NCBI GenBank assembly: GCA_963754875.1
Contig: CAVWHO010000013.1
Span: forward strand, 128,001 to 192,000
Source of the DNA: Nitrospirota bacterium
GTDB lineage: Bacteria > Nitrospirota > UBA9217
Length of the DNA stretch: 64,000 nt
Direction: 5' to 3'
This document shows positions 21,353 to 32,616 of this stretch, piece by piece. Numbering within the stretch: position 1 is the first letter of the stretch; each line of letters starts with the position of its first letter. Under the pieces are notes generated by a model, which saw only the letters and a list, made by a program, of their open reading frames with translations, did no database searches and was not told where the DNA came from. A program made the translations under genes and the position numbers.

Positions 21353-22768
21353 ATGCGAGAACTCATGAAGGGCGAGGAATTTTACGACGGCACTGCCTTG
21401 CTCGGCGACCCGGTGCACGGGTACATTTCTTTCACCACGCCGCGGGGCGCGGGCGAGAAGACCGAAAAAGATCTTATCGATACGGCTTGGATGCAGCGCC
21501 TGCGACAGATTTACCAGCTCCAGAGCGCGCGCTGGGTCTACCCGTCGGCGGAGCACAGCAGATTTCAGCACGTGCTCGGTGCAATGCACCTGGCGGGACG
21601 TTTCGCCCGCCATCTGTATCCCTCACTCAAGGCGGCGGTGCCCGATTGTCCGTCAGCGAATTACGTGGAGGAGTTTCTCAGGCTCGCGGCACTGCTCCAT
21701 GATATCGGCCACGGACCTTTCGGTCATTTTTTCGACGACAACTACCTGGCGCAGTACGATCTGACCCATGAAAAGCTCGGCCAGCACATCATTCGGACGG
21801 AGCTGGCCGATATCATCAAGGCCATTCGCAGGAGCCCTGCCGGCGAGTTTGGCAAGGGAGAAAAACTGAACCCCGATCAGGTCGCTTTCCTCATCGGCAA
21901 AGGACCGGGGTCTTTTTCGTCAAAACAGCCGCGCTGGGTCATCTTTCTCCAACCCCTCCTTTCCGGCATCTACACCGTGGACAACCTGGACTATGTCATG
22001 CGCGACGCCTTTATGTGCGGCGTGGCAATCGGGGCTGTGGATATCGACCGGCTCATGTATTACACGTTTTTTACCGAGAAGGGGCTCACGCTCCATAAAT
22101 CCGGGCTCTCGGCGCTGAACATGTTCCTGAACGCCCGGCTCTATCTCTACACGAACGTGTATTACCACCGGACGACGCGGGCGATCGATGAACATCTGAA
22201 AGAGTTGTTCAAGGACACGATGGCAAAAATATTTCCCTATGATAACCCGGTCAAGAACCTGAAGGAATATCTGTTCCTGACCGACTGGTCCCTCCTCGAA
22301 GGCGTGCGAAAATGGGAAGGAAGCAGGAATGCGGAAATCGCCGAGCTCGGGAAACAGTGGGCCGCCATTCTCTCCCGGGAAGTAAAATGGAAGATGGCGT
22401 ACGACGTGACCCTGTCGATGCGGGAGATAGAAAAAGGAAAAACAATCATCGACGCCAGGGAACTCGTAAACCGGATCAAACGGAACCTGCCTTCCAAGTT
22501 GAAAGAACTGCCCTTTCGCGTGGACATGGCGAGCCAGGACCCACGACCGGTCAACCCGCTCATGATGGGCGAACGCCAGATTTACGTATTCAACCCCTCC
22601 ACGCGCAAAATTGAGAAAGAGCCGCTCAAGGATTTTTTCGACTATATCCCCGCGCGTGTGGTGCAGTGCCGGGTCTTTACGCTTAGCCACGACCATGACA
22701 AGGAGCTCGCCGATATCGTGGACAAAGTGCTCGGAATCCAGGAAGACAGCATTAAAACGAACGTCTGA
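21353..22768 (+). CDS. HD-domain phosphohydrolase (COG1078, SAMHD1/dNTPase-like)
   Basis: DPVHG, QRLR, HSRFQHVLG, LLHDIGHGPFGH, VYYHRT. Confidence 0.9.
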   Translation: MRELMKGEEFYDGTALLGDPVHGYISFTTPRGAGEKTEKDLIDTAWMQRLRQIYQLQSARWVYPSAEHSRFQHVLGAMHLAGRFARHLYPSLKAAVPDCPSANYVEEFLRLAALLHDIGHGPFGHFFDDNYLAQYDLTHEKLGQHIIRTELADIIKAIRRSPAGEFGKGEKLNPDQVAFLIGKGPGSFSSKQPRWVIFLQPLLSGIYTVDNLDYVMRDAFMCGVAIGAVDIDRLMYYTFFTEKGLTLHKSGLSALNMFLNARLYLYTNVYYHRTTRAIDEHLKELFKDTMAKIFPYDNPVKNLKEYLFLTDWSLLEGVRKWEGSRNAEIAELGKQWAAILSREVKWKMAYDVTLSMREIEKGKTIIDARELVNRIKRNLPSKLKELPFRVDMASQDPRPVNPLMMGERQIYVFNPSTRKIEKEPLKDFFDYIPARVVQCRVFTLSHDHDKELADIVDKVLGIQEDSIKTNV

Positions 22769-23015
22769 AGCACTGCCACCCTGCTGCTCTACTGCCGAAC
22801 AAGATTCTTTCTGATAGCGAGGTTTCAGTCAGAAGACGTTTTTCCTGGAGGACATGCTGGAACAGAGCGTGCATGTTCGGCAGACCCCCAATTGCGGAAG
22901 TCAATATTTTTTCTCTTCTCCCTTGTTTTTGGTGTTTCTTTCCTTGTATACTATGATTTGATTTGTCAAACCAGTATCTGATTTTGGAGGGGGGGCGGCG
23001 ATTTCCTGCCGGGGC

Positions 23016-24518
23016 ATGACAAAGATCAAAGGAGAACATAAGGTCGTAATCGGCACGGTCATTGCCGTCCTCGCCATCTGGTGCGTTGACGCTGCTTATG
23101 CTTCCTTTGTCTCCCACGAAGGGCCCTTCTTTCACGTCTTATCCAATGTAACAGACCATGAGCCTTTTCTCCGCATGGTCCTGACCCTGGGTTTCCTCGT
23201 CTTCGGCATCTCCGTGTCACATGTCCTGGCCAAACAGACCCGTGCTGAGGCGGACCGCAAAAAAAAGACCACTGCTATTGAAAGCTCCATGGACGGCATC
23301 GCCATTTTTGATTGTGACGGCAATTACATCTACGTTAACCAGGCATACGCTTCAATCAACGGATATGAAAATCCAGCGGAGATGACCGGTAAGACCGTGA
23401 GACAGGCATATGATGAGAGGGAACTGGAAAGAATGGAACGGGTTTGCATCCCTACACTGCTGAAAAATGGCCAGTGGCGCGGAGAAATGATCGCCAAGCG
23501 AAAGAATGGAAGCACCTACTTCCAGGAGGCGTCGGCAACTCTGCTTGAAGACGGCGGCCGCGTATGTATTATCCGCGATATTACCTGGCGCAAGCGAAGC
23601 GAAGAACGCTTGCGCAAGTCTGAGCGGTTCCTCAACATGATATTCAACAGTATCCGCGACCCGTTTTGCATTATCGACGACGAGTTCAGGATTATCCGCG
23701 CCAATGAGGCGTATGCGACCCGGAAAAGGAAGACCGTAGATGACCTGATCGGCAGAAAATGCCACGAAGTGCTGGAAAACAGTACCACTGTATGCGAGGG
23801 GTGCATTGTGGACAAATCCTTCAGTTCGTCGGACCCCTGCGTCAAGGAAAAGAACATCGTTACTCCTGACGGTTTGACTACCTGGGTTGAGATTTACACC
23901 TATCCTATCCTCGAAGAGGACGGCACGGTATCTCACGTCATCGAGTACACGCGCGATATCACTGAGCGCAAAAAATCCGAGGGGGAAAAACATCAGCTGA
24001 TCGTAACGCTGGAACACCTCTCGAGAACGGACGGACTTACCGGGCTTATGAACCGGAGGGCGCTGACCGAAATCCTCACCTACGAAGTCGACCGGGCCAG
24101 GCGGTATGTCTCACCGTTATCGCTCATCCTGTGTGATATCGACGGTTTCAAGGAAATCAACGATACCTACGGACATGATGTCGGAGACAGGGTGTTACAG
24201 ACGATTTCCGCGACGCTCAAGATGCTCCTCAGGAAGATCGATGCCGCCGGGCGGTACGGCGGCGATGAGTTCATGCTGATCCTGCCCGAGACCGCCCGGA
24301 AGGGCGCCGAAAACCTGGCGCACAAGCTCCTCGTGGCCATGAAGAACACGGAGCTCAATCTTCCGGACGGGAAGCCGCTGCGGCTGTCTATGAGCATCGG
24401 GATTGCAGAGCCTCTTGAAGACGAGGAGGGCATCGATGCGCTGATCAAGCGCGCCGATGACGCGATGTATGCTTCGAAACTGGGCGGGAGAAATCGCATC
24501 TCTTTTGATAAGCGATAG
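23016..24518 (+). CDS. Membrane-anchored PAS-PAS diguanylate cyclase
   Basis: Two TM segments, two PAS/PAC domains, DGLTGLMNRR, GRYGGDEF. Confidence 0.92.
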   Translation: MTKIKGEHKVVIGTVIAVLAIWCVDAAYASFVSHEGPFFHVLSNVTDHEPFLRMVLTLGFLVFGISVSHVLAKQTRAEADRKKKTTAIESSMDGIAIFDCDGNYIYVNQAYASINGYENPAEMTGKTVRQAYDERELERMERVCIPTLLKNGQWRGEMIAKRKNGSTYFQEASATLLEDGGRVCIIRDITWRKRSEERLRKSERFLNMIFNSIRDPFCIIDDEFRIIRANEAYATRKRKTVDDLIGRKCHEVLENSTTVCEGCIVDKSFSSSDPCVKEKNIVTPDGLTTWVEIYTYPILEEDGTVSHVIEYTRDITERKKSEGEKHQLIVTLEHLSRTDGLTGLMNRRALTEILTYEVDRARRYVSPLSLILCDIDGFKEINDTYGHDVGDRVLQTISATLKMLLRKIDAAGRYGGDEFMLILPETARKGAENLAHKLLVAMKNTELNLPDGKPLRLSMSIGIAEPLEDEEGIDALIKRADDAMYASKLGGRNRISFDKR

Positions 24519-24699
24519 CCGTAAGGCCTCAACAGAGTAACGACAGTTAACTTTCAGCACAACGTAGTATCTTTATCCCGTCTCGTCCGGAATCCAACTG
24601 CAAAAAGGATTCCCGACGCGCCTTGCCTGCCGGATGAGGGGCAAAACAGTAACGAATTTACATGCGTTTGTATTAGTGTGAGACGTTAAACAATTCCTT

Positions 24700-26544
24700 T
24701 CATCTCTTCCTCATGCGGTGTTTGGCCCTGTCTTTTACGGCGTCAACGATGGCCGTGTGTGATATCCCTTCGTATCCCAGGAGCTCATCCGGTTTACCGC
24801 TCCGGGGCATCTTTCGCACGGCGAGCGAGTAAACGGGCACTCCCGTAAGAGAAACCGCGCTCGTCACGGCCTCACCGAGGCCTCCTTCGGCAAAGTGGTC
24901 TTCCACGGTAATGATAAGACCGGTCTCTTGGGCAGACTGCACGAGCGTTTCTGCGTCGATCGGTTTGATGCTGTACAGATCGATCACCCGCACCAGCTTC
25001 CCTTCCTGCTTCAATTCCTCATAGGCCTTGAGCGCCTCATGGAGGGTGATCCCCGCAGCCACCACCGCGGCAACATCCGCCTTGTTTGACCGCAAGACCT
25101 TGCTGCCGCCGATGCGGAAAACTTCGTCATTGCGGTACAAAATCGGCGTCTCCTTCCTCGTCGTCCGGATGTAGGCGATTCCCTGGTGCTTCGCCATCTC
25201 TTCGACGAGCTTTTCCGTCGACACGGCATCGGAAGGATAGAGAACCACGCTGTCCAGGAGCGTCCTGAACATGGCGATGTCCTCCAACCCCATCTGAGAC
25301 GACCCGTCTTCGCCGATGGACACGCCGGCATGTGACCCGCAGAACTTGATGTTGGCGAGGGAATACTGGCTCATGCGGATCTGGTCGAACGCCCGGGTCA
25401 GGAAGGCCGCAAAGGTCGAAACAAAGGGGACCTTGTTGCGGATCGACATGCCGAGCGCATTGCCGATCATGTTCTGCTCCGCGATATACATTTCAAAAAA
25501 CCGTTCCGGATACTTTAATTTGAAAATCTCGGAGTACGTCGAGTTGCTCACCTCGGCATCGAGCACCACCATATCGGGAAATTTTGGATAGATGCGCTCA
25601 AGGGCCGTGCCGTACGCATGTCGGGTGGCAACAGGCTTGTCCGACGGATAGGAGACCGGTTTCGCGTCACTTACCTTCACTTCCGCAGGCCCTAAAGCCT
25701 CAGGTTTCGGAATCTGTCCTATAGCCGTTTTATCGACTGGGCCGAGCTCCTGAAGTGCGCGCACAAGCTCGTCCTTTTTGAGCGGTTTGCCGTGCCAGCC
25801 GTTCCTGTCCTCGATGAACGACACGCCCTTGCCCTTGAGCGTCTTGGCAATGATCATGACCGGCTTGTCCCTGGCCTGCGTTGCCTGCGTGAATGCCGTC
25901 AGGATCTGGGGCATATAGTGGCCGTCGATGACGATGGGCTCCCAGCCAAAGGACGCCACCCGGTCCTTGTACACTGAAAGGTCATGACCGTACATGGTCT
26001 CACCGCGCTGGCCGAGCCGGTTCACATCGATGATCCCGATGAGGTTGTCGAGTTTATAATGGGCGGCGATCTCCATGGCTTCCCACTGGGACCCCTCTGC
26101 CATCTCGCTGTCACCGAGGAGCACGTAGGTCCGGTAGGGAAGCTTGTCCAGATATTTTGCATTCATCGCCATGCCCACGCCGATCGAGAGCCCCTGGCCG
26201 AGCGAGCCGGTGGCTGCTTCGGTGTATTTGAACTCCCGCGTCGGATGACCTTCGAGGGGACTCGTGAATTTTCTGAATTCAAGCAGTTCTTTTTCCGAGA
26301 GCCTGCCTGCAGCTGCCCAGATGGAGTAGAACAGTGGCGAAGCATGGCCTTTGGAAAAGATCAGCCGGTCGTTGTTCGGATGACGAGGATCGTCGAGGTC
26401 GTATTTGAATGTGCCGCCGAAGACGAGGCCGGTCATGAGGTCTGCGGCCGACAAGGAGGACGTTGGATGTCCCGAACCCGCTTCAGTGGACATGACGAGG
26501 CTGTAGTAGCGGATAAGTTTTGCGATGTTTTCAAGATTGTTCAT
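24700..26544 (-). CDS. tkt: Transketolase
   Basis: SGHPTSSLS, TGSLGQG, GDSEMAEGS, GEDGSSQM. Confidence 0.95.
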   Translation of the reverse strand: MNNLENIAKLIRYYSLVMSTEAGSGHPTSSLSAADLMTGLVFGGTFKYDLDDPRHPNNDRLIFSKGHASPLFYSIWAAAGRLSEKELLEFRKFTSPLEGHPTREFKYTEAATGSLGQGLSIGVGMAMNAKYLDKLPYRTYVLLGDSEMAEGSQWEAMEIAAHYKLDNLIGIIDVNRLGQRGETMYGHDLSVYKDRVASFGWEPIVIDGHYMPQILTAFTQATQARDKPVMIIAKTLKGKGVSFIEDRNGWHGKPLKKDELVRALQELGPVDKTAIGQIPKPEALGPAEVKVSDAKPVSYPSDKPVATRHAYGTALERIYPKFPDMVVLDAEVSNSTYSEIFKLKYPERFFEMYIAEQNMIGNALGMSIRNKVPFVSTFAAFLTRAFDQIRMSQYSLANIKFCGSHAGVSIGEDGSSQMGLEDIAMFRTLLDSVVLYPSDAVSTEKLVEEMAKHQGIAYIRTTRKETPILYRNDEVFRIGGSKVLRSNKADVAAVVAAGITLHEALKAYEELKQEGKLVRVIDLYSIKPIDAETLVQSAQETGLIITVEDHFAEGGLGEAVTSAVSLTGVPVYSLAVRKMPRSGKPDELLGYEGISHTAIVDAVKDRAKHRMRKR

Positions 26545-26713
26545 AGAGGCCTCCCTACCGAATTGGACAGGACAACAGGATTGACAGAACCGAACCAGGA
26601 AATAAGATGTGAAGGGGAACTTACCGGACAGGTCGATTGTTCTTTGAGACAGCTGACTGCATCTGTCTCTTTTTTCACCTGAAGCTCAATGCCCTACTCA
26701 TCCTCTTATCCCG

Positions 26714-28142
26714 CTAGAAAAGCACTGCTGCTTTTATTATATCAAGTAACGGCCCCGGGTATACACCGAGCCAGACCAAAAGGACGAAAAGGGCGGCAAG
26801 AACAACGCCTCCACTGCGGGAAGTCCGCTTTTTCTGCTTCATGCTCGTCCTCGGTCCGCGTGAACACCGCCACGACAATGCGTAGATAGTAATACAGACC
26901 GATGACGCTGTTGATCACAAGGGCGATGACGACAAGCCAGAGCGCAGAGCCCACGCCGGCAGCCACGACGTAGAATTTCCCGACGAATCCCGCGGTCAGC
27001 GGAATACCGGCGAGCGAGAACAGCATGGCGGTGAATATGCCTGCCAGCCAGGGACGCTTCCAGGCGAGGCCGCGATAGTCCTCCATGCTGTCTGCATCCC
27101 GCTCCGCATCCGAGAGCACGGTCACGACGCCGAACGCGCCGAGAGTCGTGATGAAATAGGCAGTAAGGTAAAATGCAGCCGCAGCCGCGGCCATCGGGCC
27201 GCTTGCGAGCACAGTCACGAGCAGATAGCCGAGGTGCGATATCGACGAATAGGCCAGGATGCGTTTCACGTTCGTCTGGAGCAGGGCCAAAAGGTTGCCG
27301 GCGAACATGGATGTTACTGCGATGATGGTAATGATAGCAAGAATCGCCGCATGTTGATGAATGTCGACTTTCGTAAAATACCGCAGGAGGAGGGCGAAGA
27401 CCGCGCCTTTGGACATGGTAGCGATCAAGGCCGTGACCGGAGCAGGCGCTCCTTCATAGACATCGGGCGTCCAGAGGTGGAAGGGCACGACGGCAAGCTT
27501 GAACCCGAGACCGACGATGATCAAGCCGATACCGGCGAGTAAGGGCATGCCGTGAACTTCCGCACCTGCTGCGCTTGAAGCGATCTCGTTGAACGCCATG
27601 CTGCCCGTTTCGGCATACACAAGGGCCATGCCGAAGAGGATAAAGGCTGACGATACTGCCGCAAGGATGAGATATTTGACGCCCGCCTCAACGCTGCGAT
27701 TGCTGTGGCGCAGATAGGCAGCCAGGCCGTAAAGCGATACGCTCAAAAGTTCAATGCCGAGAAAGAACGAGGCAAAGTGCGTTGCCGCAGCAAGCACAGC
27801 ACAGCCGAGCGCGGCAAGAAGAAGGAGAAGATAAAATTCCTCACTATGCCCCTGGTGCTTCTCAAGATAAGAATAGGCGAGTGTGGAAACGCAGAATCCC
27901 GCAGAAGAGAATGAGTCCGAGATAAAAGAAGGCAAAATGGTCGATGACGAGCAGCGGCGTGACGTGCGGGGCAGGACGGAGGATGCATACGTGATGCTTC
28001 CGGCAGAAACCGCAAAGCCTGCAAGCGTGAAGAACGTCGTGAGCTTGTGGTTGCGATAAAAAGCAATCACGAGCATGACGACGATCGATGTAACGGCCAG
28101 GACGAGGTAGGGTGAAAGGGCAATCAGATCATCGATGTTCAT
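26714..28142 (-). CDS. nuoN: NADH-quinone oxidoreductase subunit N (indels near 27905-27965 and 26830)
   Basis: EAGVKY, PFHLWTPDVYEGAP, KRILAYSSISH; C-terminus WLGVYPGPLL in a shifted frame ends at TAG 26714. Confidence 0.9.
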
Positions 28143-28172
28143 TCTCCGCCCCCCTTTGATTGGACCGGCTGC

Positions 28173-29651
28173 TCATGTGATGCCGCTCGGGACCATGTTC
28201 TGCAGTACCGGCCCTGCTGTTTTCAGCAAAGGACGGGGGAAGATGCCGGTCCAGAAGATCACGATAATCAGGGTTGCCATCATAGCGGTCTCGCGCATGG
28301 ACAGGTCCGTAATCTGCACGTTTTTCGCCCTTTCCCCGTGAAAGACCCGCTGCACGATCCAAAGCGAGTAGATTGCTGCGAGGACCAGGCCGCTCGCGGC
28401 AATGATCGTAATCGTGCTATGCTCGCGATAGGAACCGATAAGGACCATGAACTCGGCGACAAAGTTGCCGAAGCCCGGCAGGCCGAGTGAGGCCAGGGCG
28501 AATACGAGTCCTACTCCGGAGAGCCGCGGCACGGCGGACCAGAGCCCGCCCAGCCGTGTCATCTCGCGCGTGTGCAGGCGTTCCTGGATCATGCCTACGA
28601 CGATGAAGAGGGCCCCCGTGCTCACACCGTGGGCCACGATCTGCATGATCGCGCCGGAAAGCGACGTTGGCGTGTTGGCAAAGACACCGAGAAGTACAAA
28701 GCCCATGTGACTGACGCTGGTGTACGCTACAAGACGTTTGAGATCATTCTGACCAAAGGCGAGTACAGCGCCGTAGATGATCCCGATAACAGCAAGGACC
28801 AGCATGACCGGCGCGATTGATGAAGCGGCATCGGGAAAAAGCGGCAGCACAAATCGCAGGAGCCCGTACGCTCCGGTCTTAAGGAGAAGCCCTGCGAGGA
28901 TAACGCTCCCGGCTGTCGGCGCCTCGGTATGTGCGTCCGGGAGCCAGGGATGGAACGGGACCACGGGCAGCTTGACGATAAAAGCGATGAGGAATCCGAG
29001 CATGATCCAGAACGCAATGCTGGCGGACATCTTCGTACCCAGCAGCAGGGAGTAGTCGAAGGTGTATGTGCCGGTGTTGCTGCCGTGAACGAAGTAGAGC
29101 GCGAGGATAGAAAGCAGCATGAGGAGGCCGCCAGCCTGCGTGAAAATGAAGAACTTGAGCGACGCATACACGCGGTTCTCGTGTCCCCAGATGCTGATCA
29201 GAAAATACATGGGTACGAGCATCAGTTCCCAGAAGAAATAAAACAAGAAAAGGTCAAGCGCGAGGAACACTCCGAGGATGCCGGCAAGGATCCAGAGAAG
29301 GTTCAGGTGGAATAAGCCAACACGCTCGCGGATCTCGGTCCAGGAACAGAGCACGGAGATGATGCCGAGGAAAAGCGTGAGCGCCACAAGTACGAGGCTC
29401 AGGCCATCTATGGCAAGATGGAAGCTGATGCCCAGCTGCGGGATCCAGGTCCTGTTCAGCTCAATGAGCCAGGTCCCGCGACTGAGGTCGGGCTGAATCG
29501 AGGAATCCGTCCAGATCAATATCAGCACGATCGCGTCGAGCGCGAGCGCAGCAAGCGAAATCCATCGGCTGGCCGTGCTGTCCCGACGATCCACGGTCCA
29601 TGCTGCCAGCCCGCCGAGAAGCGGTATGATGATGAGCCATGCGAGGATCAT
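28173..29651 (-). CDS. nuoM: NADH-quinone oxidoreductase subunit M
   Basis: FFWELMLVPMY, WLPDAHTEAP, KRLVAYTSVSH. Confidence 0.95.
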   Translation of the reverse strand: MILAWLIIIPLLGGLAAWTVDRRDSTASRWISLAALALDAIVLILIWTDSSIQPDLSRGTWLIELNRTWIPQLGISFHLAIDGLSLVLVALTLFLGIISVLCSWTEIRERVGLFHLNLLWILAGILGVFLALDLFLFYFFWELMLVPMYFLISIWGHENRVYASLKFFIFTQAGGLLMLLSILALYFVHGSNTGTYTFDYSLLLGTKMSASIAFWIMLGFLIAFIVKLPVVPFHPWLPDAHTEAPTAGSVILAGLLLKTGAYGLLRFVLPLFPDAASSIAPVMLVLAVIGIIYGAVLAFGQNDLKRLVAYTSVSHMGFVLLGVFANTPTSLSGAIMQIVAHGVSTGALFIVVGMIQERLHTREMTRLGGLWSAVPRLSGVGLVFALASLGLPGFGNFVAEFMVLIGSYREHSTITIIAASGLVLAAIYSLWIVQRVFHGERAKNVQITDLSMRETAMMATLIIVIFWTGIFPRPLLKTAGPVLQNMVPSGIT

Positions 29652-29707
29652 AGTTTACAGTTCTTTCTGTTTGTGCCCCTGTCGTAGCCCCTCTCACGAG
29701 GAAGTGG

Positions 29708-31600
29708 CTACTTAACGAGCACTATAATTCCTAGGAACACCACTGCGCCCAATGCAATTCCCATTGCATACCACCGGATTTTCCCCGTCTGCGTTTTACT
29801 CAGGATACCGTGGACTGCACGATTCAAATACGCTATCGCCGTGTACCCCGAGTCGATAAAATCATTTTTATTTATCCGTGCAATCCAGAGGAATGGATTG
29901 ATAAGAATCTTTTCGTAAAGCCAGTCGAAACCCCAGCCTGAGAACCAAAACCTTTGCAGCGCTGCACCGGTATCGGATTGCGCCAGCTTTTCTGCAAGCT
30001 GCGGACTGCGGAAAAAGAAGAGATAAGCCATAAAGATTCCGGCAAGCGACATGAGCGAGGCTATGACCTGAAATAAAAGCTCGGTCTCTGCTTCAACATG
30101 CTGAGCGACCTGCTCATGGAACACCGGCTGCATAAAGTCCGAGAACAGGGGCAGGTTGCCGAGCGTATCGGGAAGCTCGACGAAGCCTCCGATGATCGAG
30201 AATACAGCAAGTATGATCAGCGGTACGGTCATGTTCATTCCCGGTAGATGGCCCATTTCCTTTTTTGCCTCACCGAAGAAAGTGACAAACACCATACGGA
30301 ACGTATAAAGAGAAGTAATAAACGCGCCCAGGAGCCCGGCTGCCCACAGTACGGCACTTCCGGAAGGCGACGACCAGACCTGCCACAGGATCAGGTCCTT
30401 GCTGTAGAAGCCCGCGGTCACGAGAGGTAGCGCGGAAAGTGAAGCCGAGCCGATGAGGAACGTCCAGAAGGTTGACGGCAGCTTTTTGCGCAGGCCGCCC
30501 ATCTTGAACATGTCATGCTCCTCGTGCTGGGCAAGGATCACTACTCCTGCGCCGAGGAACAGGAGCGCCTTGAAGAATGCATGGGTCATGAAGTGGAACA
30601 TGGCAGCAGACCAGGCTCCCACGCCTAAGGCCAGGAACATGTAGCCTATCTGGCTGATCGTGGAATAGGCGAGGACGCGCTTGATGTCGCGCTGTGACAG
30701 GGCGCTGAAACCGGCGATGAGAAGTGTGGCTGCTCCGATCACGGCCACTGCAGTCTGTACCGGAGGCGCAAGCTCGAAAAGTACATGAGTACGTGCGATC
30801 AAATAAACACCGGCAGTCACCATGGTCGCGGCATGGATCAGGGCGCTGACCGGAGTCGGGCCTGCCATGGCGTCGGGCAGCCAAACCTGGAGAGGCAGTT
30901 GTGCGGACTTGCCGAGAGCGCCTCCCAACAGCAACGCCGCTGCCAGGATAGCTGTTTCTGAATTGACGGGCCATTTGGCGGAAGCAGCCTGCATCAGGTC
31001 CTGTATGTTGAGCGTCCCCAGGTTCGTAAAGAGCAGGAAGAGACCGATGGCCATTGCCGTGTCGCCGATGCGGGTCACGACGAAGGCCTTGCGCGCTGCG
31101 GCACCGTTCGCGGGATCGCGGTACCAAAACCCGATCAAAAGATAACTGCAGAGCCCGACGCCTTCCCAGCCGAGATAGAGGAGTACAAGGTTGTCGGCAA
31201 GCACGAGAATGAGCATGGAACCCACGAACAGGTTCATGTATGCGAAGAAACGGCCGTATCCTTCATCATCCAGCATATATTCCGCCGAGTAAACATGGAT
31301 CAGGAATCCCACGATGGTAATAACAAGTACCATGACCAGCGAGAGCGGGTCGAGGGCAAAGGAGATAGACGTCGAATATCCGTCGAACTGCATCCAGGTC
31401 CAGAGCGTCTGGGTAAAGGGGCGCCCGCTCGGCGATGTCGTGATGAAACAATAACCAATCAGCAGGGCCATGAAAGCCGAAAGTCCTACTGAGCCTGCAC
31501 CGACAAGAGCAATGACGTTCTTCGGCAGACGACGGCCTGTCAATGCCAGGATGATGAATCCGGCAAAGGGGAGGGCGGGTATGAGGAAAAGATAGTTCAT
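29708..31600 (-). CDS. nuoL: NADH-quinone oxidoreductase subunit L
   Basis: GKSAQLPL, WLPDAMAGPTPVSALIHAATMV. Confidence 0.96.
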   Translation of the reverse strand: MNYLFLIPALPFAGFIILALTGRRLPKNVIALVGAGSVGLSAFMALLIGYCFITTSPSGRPFTQTLWTWMQFDGYSTSISFALDPLSLVMVLVITIVGFLIHVYSAEYMLDDEGYGRFFAYMNLFVGSMLILVLADNLVLLYLGWEGVGLCSYLLIGFWYRDPANGAAARKAFVVTRIGDTAMAIGLFLLFTNLGTLNIQDLMQAASAKWPVNSETAILAAALLLGGALGKSAQLPLQVWLPDAMAGPTPVSALIHAATMVTAGVYLIARTHVLFELAPPVQTAVAVIGAATLLIAGFSALSQRDIKRVLAYSTISQIGYMFLALGVGAWSAAMFHFMTHAFFKALLFLGAGVVILAQHEEHDMFKMGGLRKKLPSTFWTFLIGSASLSALPLVTAGFYSKDLILWQVWSSPSGSAVLWAAGLLGAFITSLYTFRMVFVTFFGEAKKEMGHLPGMNMTVPLIILAVFSIIGGFVELPDTLGNLPLFSDFMQPVFHEQVAQHVEAETELLFQVIASLMSLAGIFMAYLFFFRSPQLAEKLAQSDTGAALQRFWFSGWGFDWLYEKILINPFLWIARINKNDFIDSGYTAIAYLNRAVHGILSKTQTGKIRWYAMGIALGAVVFLGIIVLVK

Positions 31601-31629
31601 AGTTCAGAGTTCAACGTTCAGAGTTGAGA
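31601..31629. repeat. Heptamer array (NGTTCAR) at the nuoK/nuoL junction
   Basis: AGTTCAG AGTTCAA CGTTCAG AGTTGAG. Confidence 0.7.
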
Positions 31630-31641
31630 ACAGAGTCTACT

Positions 31642-31953
31642 CTATCCTTTCATTCTGCTCGCGGCATCGGCATCGAGTGTCTTAAAGCTGTGGTACATTT
31701 GAAGTACGAGCGCCAGTCCCACGGACACTTCCGCAGCGGCCATGGTCAGGATAAAAATGAACATCACCTGTCCGTCGACCTGCCCCCAGCGTGCGCCGGC
31801 AACGACAAAAGCAAGTCCAACGGCATTCAGCATCACTTCAACGGACATGAGCATTAACACGATGTTCCTCCGCACGAGAACGCCGATCAGGCCGAGTACA
31901 AAGAGAATCGCGCTCAGGATGAGTCCATGCTCCATGGGGACATTTGCGATCAT
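31642..31953 (-). CDS. nuoK: NADH-quinone oxidoreductase subunit K
   Basis: [26 protein letters not shown]. Confidence 0.96.
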   Translation of the reverse strand: MIANVPMEHGLILSAILFVLGLIGVLVRRNIVLMLMSVEVMLNAVGLAFVVAGARWGQVDGQVMFIFILTMAAAEVSVGLALVLQMYHSFKTLDADAASRMKG

Positions 31954-31980
31954 GGGTACTCCTTCAATGCTGCGTGAAAA

Positions 31981-32481
31981 TCAATGTTTATGAGGCCTGC
32001 CGAGGTGATAGGCCCCGATGAGTCCTGCCAGCAGCAGCATGGACGCCAGCTCTACACCGAGTACGTAAGGGCCGAAGAGGGCAATGCCAACTTGTTTGGG
32101 CCCGATGAGATTCGGCGCGTAAAGCCCTATTCGATCTGTTGCAAAAATAAAGATATAGATGAGCTCCGCCGCCAGTAGTGCGATCAGGATAGACGGTCCT
32201 ATCCATATTCCCGGGGTCAGCCACTGAGATTCCTGCTCAGCTGCCTGTGAGCCGAGGTTCAACATCATGATCACGAAGACAAAAAGCACCATGATGGCCC
32301 CGGCGTAGATAATCACTTCGAGCGCTGCGACAAAGGGTGCCCCGAACGCGAAGAATATGAGCGCTATGGCAAGCAAGGACACGACCAAGTACAGAAGGGC
32401 GTGCACCGTGCTTTTCCGCGTAACGACCATGAACGTCGAGAAGACGGCTACGATCGCTGATATATAGAAGAGAAGATTCAT
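31981..32481 (-). CDS. nuoJ: NADH-quinone oxidoreductase subunit J
   Basis: VIIYAGAIMVLFVFVIMML. Confidence 0.95.
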   Translation of the reverse strand: MNLLFYISAIVAVFSTFMVVTRKSTVHALLYLVVSLLAIALIFFAFGAPFVAALEVIIYAGAIMVLFVFVIMMLNLGSQAAEQESQWLTPGIWIGPSILIALLAAELIYIFIFATDRIGLYAPNLIGPKQVGIALFGPYVLGVELASMLLLAGLIGAYHLGRPHKH

Positions 32482-32495
32482 AGTAATATCGACCC

Positions 32496-32611
32496 TTGAC
32501 ACGGAAAATTCGTGATCAAAATTTTTGAAGAAGCATAATACGGCCTTGCATTACTGATGATAAACTAATTATCCGATGTTATCCGGTTTTTATCAGCATC
32601 TTCCGTGTCAA
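32496..32611. repeat. Inverted-repeat element at the nuoI/nuoJ junction
   Basis: Perfect 11-bp IR TTGACACGGAA...TTCCGTGTCAA; relatives at 36761 and 63467-63597. Confidence 0.7.
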
Positions 32612-32616
32612 ATTAG

